NCBI GenBank assembly: GCA_905178155.1 | Contig: CAJINV010000019.1 | Location: forward strand, 914,913 to 978,912 | Direction: 5' to 3' | DNA: 64,000 nt | Source of the DNA: Amoebophrya sp. A120 | Lineage: Eukaryota > Protista > Dinoflagellata | Shown: piece by piece, positions 57,448-64,000 of the stretch | Layout: each line of letters begins with the position of its first letter | Position numbering within the stretch: the stretch's first letter is position 1 | Program-made: the position numbers and the translations under genes | The notes under the pieces: generated by a model | Told to the model about the DNA's origin: nothing | The model's database searches: none | The model's input: only the letters and a program-made list of their open reading frames with translations

Positions 57448-59793
57448 TCAGGAGTGCCCAGCCTTGCTCGCACCTCTACTTTCGTCCTCTTTCTCTCTAC
57501 CCACATTTTTAGCATTTCCACCGCTCCAAACCAGCCACGCCCTCAACCCCAGGCAAAACAGCGAGAACACGGATGCGATTCCGTTCACGATTCCTGCGAC
57601 GTAGAGACTCGGACCGGACTGGATCCCGTGGTAGAACCACAAGCCGCAGACGAATAGCCCGGCGCAGTTTTGCGACACCGACCCCATGAACAGCGGATTT
57701 TTCTCCTGCCACGCACGGTAGGAATACCGAACCGGCGCGCCCATCATGGTCAGGAAGGTGCAAACGCCGAGGGTGGAAAACAGAATTTTTACCTCGTCAA
57801 TCATCACGGTTTCCTCGCCATTCCGCTCTTTCGCCGACAGGCTGCTCCCGGAGAGATCGCTGTCAGAAGAAGAAGAAGAGCTAGTTGTACTTCCACCCTG
57901 GTCCTCCTCGCCGTTGCCTCCCCCGTCAAAAAGACAAGTGAACACGTATTACAATGAAAAATGCCCCCACCCCACACTTGGCAGCATTTGTATTGCAAAC
58001 CTTTCCAATAGAAACGCTTCCCGTCTTGCATATCTCAGGATCACAAATTTTCCATGCTGAATAGCGCGAATTTGTGTTGCGGAGGGGCCCAACAGCATCC
58101 GGATCTGTTATGCACAAGGCACCTTGCGCACCTAGATTCTGCATCAGAAAAGCTCGCAATCCTTTCATGCAAGACAAAAAGCTTTCATTTGGAAACTTTG
58201 CATGACAACCTTTTGCAAATTCGGGGGTGGGGGCACTTTTCACTGTAATAACACGTCCGGGCGGTCGTGAAAAACCGTGAGGAGGAAGCATCAAATGCAA
58301 AAGTGTCTGGATCTGGGAGAATGCAAGATCTGTCATGCATATTTCTCATGACCCATGATTGTCTGTGATGTATGCCCTACCATCACAGATTTTTAGAACC
58401 CTTCCTGATGCACCTTCCGCATGAGAAATGCCCTGTCCGTGCAGCACAAATTGTACCCCTCTTGCTGGTCATGCAACACAATTTTTTTTCGAGTCCAGAA
58501 ACAGCATGACAAGGAAGTTACCACCTTCCAGACCCAGACATATTTGCAATGCATAGAAAGACCAGCGTGACGAAACACAGATATAGAATCAAAAACAGCA
58601 ACAATCGCTTCAACTCTTTCTCATACAAGTCCCGCCGGTAGTATTTGCAGTAGAGAAACAGCTATCAAATGTAAAAGTGTCTGGGTCTGGAAGAATGCAA
58701 CTTGTCATGCTAAATCTGAAGCATGCAAAAATCTGTGTTGCATGACTACCAAAAGCCGTCCAGTTTTGACCAAGTCGGGAGGAAGTTTCTCATGCAGGAT
58801 AGGCATGAGAGAGATCGCACAGAATCTGTCATGCTATGAATGTCCTGCATTCCAGACCTCATGGGTCATGGAAAAGCTGCATGACAAATCGCGCACTCTT
58901 CCGGACCCAGACATTTTTACATTTGATAACAGCCACAAAAACCCGGTGGAAATCTGCAGGCAGCCCTGGGGCACGCCGGTGCGGAAGCCCTGGAGCAGAA
59001 AAAAACTGGTCCACGTCCAGCCATTCGCGCACTGCGCGACAAATTGGAGCGGGGGGGTTTCCAGTTGGTCCTCGAGGTGATCATCAAGATCTCCTTCGTT
59101 TTTGCAGTTTTTCAGATCGGGCTGGGGAGCCGCAGCAGTTGACTTAGACTTCTGTACCACTTCGCCGGCTTCTTGTCGTTGTTTTGTCCCTTGCGAAGCT
59201 GCAACAAACGCTGTGGTCGCGGCCGCATTATAGTCGTGCTCCTGAGCAGTGTCGACATTCATATTACCGTCAGGTGGCTCGACGGCGATAGCAACATGAT
59301 CTTCATTTTCTCTCGTTAAACTCGGATCTTTGTCACGAGAGCTTAAATCTGCTGGAAGAACATCCTCTTCATCTAGTGTCGGAACCACTTCTTCATCTGC
59401 GTCTGTCTCTACTTCCAGCAACACATCCGGTACCCCCGGGCGCGAAGAGGCAGCAGTGCCCCCGGTCGTGCTTGCGGAAGAAAGGTTTTCCGCTGAGATG
59501 ACCAGAGAAGCGGTGCAGGGCTTCATACTCATGGAGCAGGTCTCTGATGTTAAATACAGATTTTTAACGACTTCTGTGCTGCCTTCTGCGTGAAGATCCG
59601 TTTTATTCGTTTGTGCAGGTGCATTCTTTGGATGTTCATCCAGGAGCGCAGCGGCCTTGGCTTTATTCGCTTCTTCCTCTTCCCGCTTTCTCGTGCGTTT
59701 CCTGACGGAGAGACGATAAAAGACCTCCCCCGGACCACCGAACAGGAAGATGGGAAGCGTGATAACCAGAATGTCGTAGGTTAGCTGAGCCAT
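57448..59793 (-). CDS. SWEET/MtN3-type sugar transporter-like membrane protein, ~497 aa, 3 introners
   Basis: Two MtN3-like halves (LFGGP..F.R...PLQF..Q.ANGWTW and MMGAPV..SY.AW..KN...M...CGLWFYHG...VNGI) with about seven hydrophobic segments; spliced length 1494 nt; alternative start 59862. Confidence 0.7.
57947..58250. mobile_element. Introner family F7-like, DR ACACG
   Basis: TIR tattaca.tgaaaa.tgcccccacccc. Confidence 0.9.
58289..58555. mobile_element. Introner family F1, DR GGAAG/GAAAG
   Basis: F1 TIRs (one end CAT rather than TAT); frame restored. Confidence 0.88.
58663..58928. mobile_element. Introner family F1, DR ACAGC
   Basis: TIR tatcaaatgtaaaa.tgtctgggtc.ggaag; junction LWL|FLY in frame. 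Confidence 0.92.
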
Positions 59794-60722
59794 GATTCGA
59801 TCGACAAATTGTACAAGTAAGTAAATAGGGGCTGAAATGAACTTAGTGTTACGTTGGTACATAAAAAGTGAAAGTTGTGAAAGTGAAAGTGAAATGTAGA
59901 TGCGTACAAATATTTAGTATGTCTACTCACCTGCGACTCACAGATCGATGAACGTCAAAGGAAATAATAGATCTGGAAGCAAGAAGTCACTCACCTGCGA
60001 CTCACAGGCGATCAAATGGCTTCACCTTCGCGACAAGCAGGTTCTTGCGAACGATAAAGATAGATGCGGCTACAGAATTACGAACGTTAGAAAAATAATG
60101 AGGTCCTGGAAATAGTTTTAGAAGCGAGATTTTCGAGGAATTTCCAGACGAGGATTTGAAGAATAATATGGGGACGACATCACCGCCAGGACGACGACGA
60201 CAGAGAAGAGCACCATTTTGATTTTTACGCAGCACAAGGCGAATTGGAGTTTCGGTTGCACGATAAAAATCTTGGACGACACACATCAAGAAATGAGCAC
60301 TTAAGTGAACGCACGCACGAATTTTTTGCACGACGAACTGAGTTCAGGATCGTAGCGTGGTTCGAGAGACGCAAAGCAGAAGGAGGACAAAAATGCACTG
60401 ACAAAGAACCTATCAAAAGCTAAAGCGTTAGAACGCTTTATAGCATTGCTCAGATGAGTTCTTGTTACTGTCAGACTTTTTTTTTCCCTTTTCTACTTTT
60501 GTGCGCTGGTGGTAGTTTTGTTCGGACAACATGTCAATCTGAATTCTTGAAATATCCTGCTGTTTTATCTTCGACATCTGCGTGGCTGCCTGTGTTAGTA
60601 TACCAAAATCCATCCCCGCCAACGCAGAAGGTCTAGGTCAGCAGCAGCAACAGCACAAATGACTTAACTTTTTGCTTATACTCTTCGTCAACATCTTCTG
60701 AATCCAAGGTAACGTTCATTCT

Positions 60723-62043
60723 CCATCAAAGTAGTGGTGTCTACCTGCGTACAAAGTTCTGGAAAATATTTGATAGTTACTAATCGTAGACCGAATAGAC
60801 GTTACAAAAGCAAAACAAGAAACTAAGAAATGGAGAGAGGGAAAAGGACAACACTTCTGCCCCTACCGTCCAAAGCATGACGACCACGCTGCAAGGGAAA
60901 GCAGCCCTAGGTGGAAGTAGTGCGATGGTGCTCGCTTAAAACTATGATCCCTGTGCACAAGGCGGGTAGGGGCGCCGGCTCCACCATCCAAGTGCTCATA
61001 GTTTTAACGTGTTGTTGAGATAGCGATGACGAGGAAGAAACAGGACCACACCACACAGAACAAACCGGAGACGAAGAGCAGCAGGATCGGTGGATTACCG
61101 AGGTTGACCGAAAGCGAAGAGCACAAAATGGGAGTTAATGTATAGCATGTAGAAATAAAATGATAATAAAATACGATCGATGTATGCGACGATGACGAAG
61201 AGCGATAGATACGTAGAGCGCGATGAAATACGAAGAGCACGATGAAATGCAAAAGCACGATGAAATGCAAAAATACGAAGAGCACGATTAAAGAATATAA
61301 ATAAGCGATGTATACGACCCGATCGAATAGAAATGGCGATAAAAGACGTGGAGCGAGAGACAGCAATAATGGACGAGAGTGCAAATATGACGTTGATAAA
61401 AGTTCTAATAGGACCGACGTTACCGATATCTCTCATTATTGTGATTTTGATCATTTGGACGAACAGACACATAACAAGCAACTGTGTAGGCAAAAGGTGT
61501 AGGCAAAAGGTGTAGGCAAAAGGTGTAGGCAAAAGGTGTAGGCAAAAGGTGTATATTATACCGTCCCGGAGATGGCGAGGCTCATTTTGTTTGATTTAAA
61601 TTTACCGAGAATTCATAAACAACGAAGGAACAACACAAGAAACATATAGAGCAACGATTGGGGGGTCATACAGAGTTGTTGCCATAAGAACACTGATCCG
61701 ACTTCGAAGATCATCACATACCGATGTTTAACTTCAACCGATTTGTATTGACGAGTCAACCGAAAAATCCTTTTTGTGCTTATAAAATAACAATTAAGAA
61801 ACAGGAAGCACACGCAACATTTTCTCAAGTTTCTTTTCCTAATTTATCTTGTCTTTTACTTCGCGATTGTCTTTTTTCATTTATTGATATTACAACGCTA
61901 CTTCGTCTGTGTGTAACTTTTCGTCTTGCTTGTGCCTTCGGCACCCCTGTCTGGTTAGTACAAAGTAGTGCCCCTGTCTTGCTTGTGCCTTCGGCACCCC
62001 CATCAAAGTAGTGGTGTCTACCTGCGTACAAAGTTCTGGAAAA
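60723..62043. repeat. 44-bp perfect direct repeats (60723-60766, 62000-62043) flanking ~1.23 kb of relatively AT-rich DNA
   Basis: ccatcaaagtagtggtgtctacctgcgtacaaagttctggaaaa occurs at both positions. Confidence 0.85.
61484..61553. repeat. Perfect 13-bp tandem repeat (GTGTAGGCAAAAG) x5.4
   Basis: Directly visible in the sequence. Confidence 0.95.
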
Positions 62044-62199
62044 GAAAACCTTCAAGTTTATGGCCATTCTATCTGCATCTTTTCAAAGTGGATAAAAAAT
62101 TTTCAGGGTCTCCGGGCATAGGCATTGCGCTGCTTTACGTTTGTGATGTGCCTTTGTCGCGCATGAAATGCATTTGGGCCATGCGCATCAAGTTATCTA

Positions 62200-64000
62200 G
62201 TTGAGAAGGCGGCCATGTCGCCGCAGCGAGGACTATCCCGCGCACGGTCCCAGGTCATTTTTGAGTCTTTGGCGAAGACCACTTGGCTTCGGAGATAATC
62301 ATGTCCACCAAGAGAAGCCGAGCGGCCTCCGATCGCTTCCTGCCCTCCCCATGTGCGGCGGAGTTGCAGGCGGCACCCCCCGACTCTTCGATGTGGCAGA
62401 AGAAGTCGGAGATCTGGCTCTGGGTCACATCCACAGCGGCTCTACGATTTTCGCTCGACACCCCCCGCGCAGCTTCCTCGGCAGAGGATGTGTGGGCGGC
62501 CAAGTTGCGAGGCTGCTTGGTTCACTCCGCCACCCCAACGTCGCTGGGAACATCAACGCCCCCGCCTTCACGCCCGGTTTTTGCCCTTTTCCTAGCTTTC
62601 CAGATTTTGTGCTTCTGCGCAGCGCCCTCATGCGATTGCGTGAGTAATGGGCGCCAATCCAAGCGGGCCACGCTTCAGTAGCGCGATCCCATGCGGCACA
62701 GCCCCTCTCGGGGAAGCCTGCGCGTGGCAGCCCCATCGGTACGAATTGCCTTGGTTGGGTTTGGTAGGGAAGGCTTTCAAGGCCATGGCCGTCTGTGTTG
62801 TGGTGGGGCCAAAACGGACTGGAGGGGTGGGCGCGCTGGCAAAGCTGTAAACTAGGGGCAGGCTCCGGCGGCCTACGCCTTCTCCTGCCTACCTCTAGCA
62901 CTAGTAGGTCCTGGGGCCTACGCGAACTTTGCCCGCACACAGGCCGGGACGCCCTGGGCCCCGGCGGAAAGATTCGCCGAGGGCTTCTGAAGCTGGAAGC
63001 TTTCTCCTTTTTGGGACCCTTGCTGAGGACCCTCCGGGAGGGGTAGCCAAAAACACTACTACGAGGAAGCTTCCCCCCCTACTAGTAGTTTTGGAAGCTT
63101 CCCCCACTGCTACGAGGGTTCCGGAAAAAACCCCTTTTAGGGGTCTCGCGGGTGGGCCTTTCTTCGCAGAATCTAAAGAATTCCCGGAGACCCAGGGACG
63201 CGACTTCTAGAAAAATGGCGCCGCGAATTTAGCTTTTTGGCGCAGTGCGCCGGCAATAGCCTGCCCGCCCCCTAAGAACGCAACCTGCCCGGCGGAGTGC
63301 GATATCGCCTGCGAAGGTTGTAGCGCTTTTGATAGCGGGCCACCCAAGGCATGCAGCGCTGGGCTTTTTGCGAGGGTTTTCAGGATGCGGCGCAGGATGA
63401 TTATTCTCAGTGATTTCGCTATGGCGGGGTCCTTGACACAGACCAAGCTGCGGCGTGGCAGCGACTGCCCCGCCTGCGAAGCCTTTGGCCCGTTGAGAAA
63501 TGTGCCGCACGAATAAGGCGACTCAGGCAGCCCCGGCAGCAGTGGCCTGCGGCTGTTGGGGAGCCGCTGCCCAGAAGTATGCAAGCGCGAGGCGGCCTGA
63601 TCGCCCTGCGTGGCGTTTTAGATTGTCCGGCAGGCCGAATCAGGACCCCGCGGCCCGCTGCGATTGTTTTTTGGGCCGCCGCCCCCGCTCCCCGCGCGCA
63701 CTTCCAAGGGCCGGCCCGTCCGCGAACACTTCGTGGCGGCCGCTGACAGCAACCGCCGGCCCTGCAAATACGCCCTGCAAATAGGCAGGGCGCCACCCGC
63801 CACGGGCTAGTGGGTGCCCAGCGCCATGCATCCGGCAGGCCTGCCGGCGCAATGCCCTACTTGTAGATCTTCTGCGGCTGGCGGGGCACTCTGGTGGCGG
63901 CCCTGCGCTGGCTCGTGGGCAGGCTGCCGGGCCGGCGCGCGAACAAGCAGGCCGCCGCGGTATGGTGGCGCAGGCCATCCCGGCTAGGCCCCCAGGCCAT
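62200..64000. other. GC-rich segment running off the window end, possibly part of a repeat or mobile element
   Basis: Abrupt compositional shift similar to the cores of 30082-30974 and 38299-39195; no convincing protein motif. Confidence 0.35.

Noticed and set aside
21714-58928. Recurring peptides LPDPDIF, CKNVWVWK and QICLGLE in many short ORFs, suggesting a repeat-protein family
   Set aside because: They are translations of the F1 terminal inverted repeat in different frames, not proteins.
418-58928. Helical (~10-bp) or nucleosome periodicity in introner lengths
   Set aside because: Lengths from 150 to 330 bp cluster by family and show no periodicity I can support with this sample.
59865-60012. 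Short repeats (aaagtg array; actcacctgcgactcacag twice) upstream of the SWEET-like gene as regulatory sites
   Set aside because: The repeats are real, but nothing indicates function; local slippage or duplication suffices.
61484-61553. Short repeat array considered as CRISPR or telomere
   Set aside because: No spacers, no cas genes, eukaryotic context; the 13-bp unit is not a TTTAGGG-type repeat.
1-64000. rRNA, tRNA, spliced-leader genes or an autonomous transposase
   Set aside because: None recognised by eye; a covariance-model or HMM search would be needed to exclude them.

Overview
Eukaryotic genomic DNA, most consistent with a syndinean dinoflagellate such as Amoebophrya (inference from gene content and intron style). 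Every supported gene is on the minus strand. The window holds a tandem duplication (~1-8160 and ~8482-17779) carrying a secreted/ER 2OG-Fe(II) oxygenase and an apparent glyoxalase I-glyoxalase II fusion. It also holds a large tandem-GFA/CENP-V-domain protein, an FAD-dependent monooxygenase, a CEP120-like centriolar protein, two or three hypothetical proteins, a secreted DUF285-repeat protein plus a DUF285 relic, a displaced chimeric dynein heavy-chain fragment and a SWEET-type transporter. The dominant feature is about 35 short mobile introns (introners; mostly 150-330 bp, with TAT...ATA ends, terminal inverted repeats and 5-bp direct repeats) lying in coding exons. Removing each element plus one direct repeat restores the reading frame in every gene I rebuilt by hand. 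Almost none can be given GT-AG ends. The same families occur in both orientations within genes, all families share an internal GCAT(G/C/T)A(C/G)AA motif, and seven insertions are present in only one of the two duplicated copies. Coordinates were counted by eye and may be off by a base or two.
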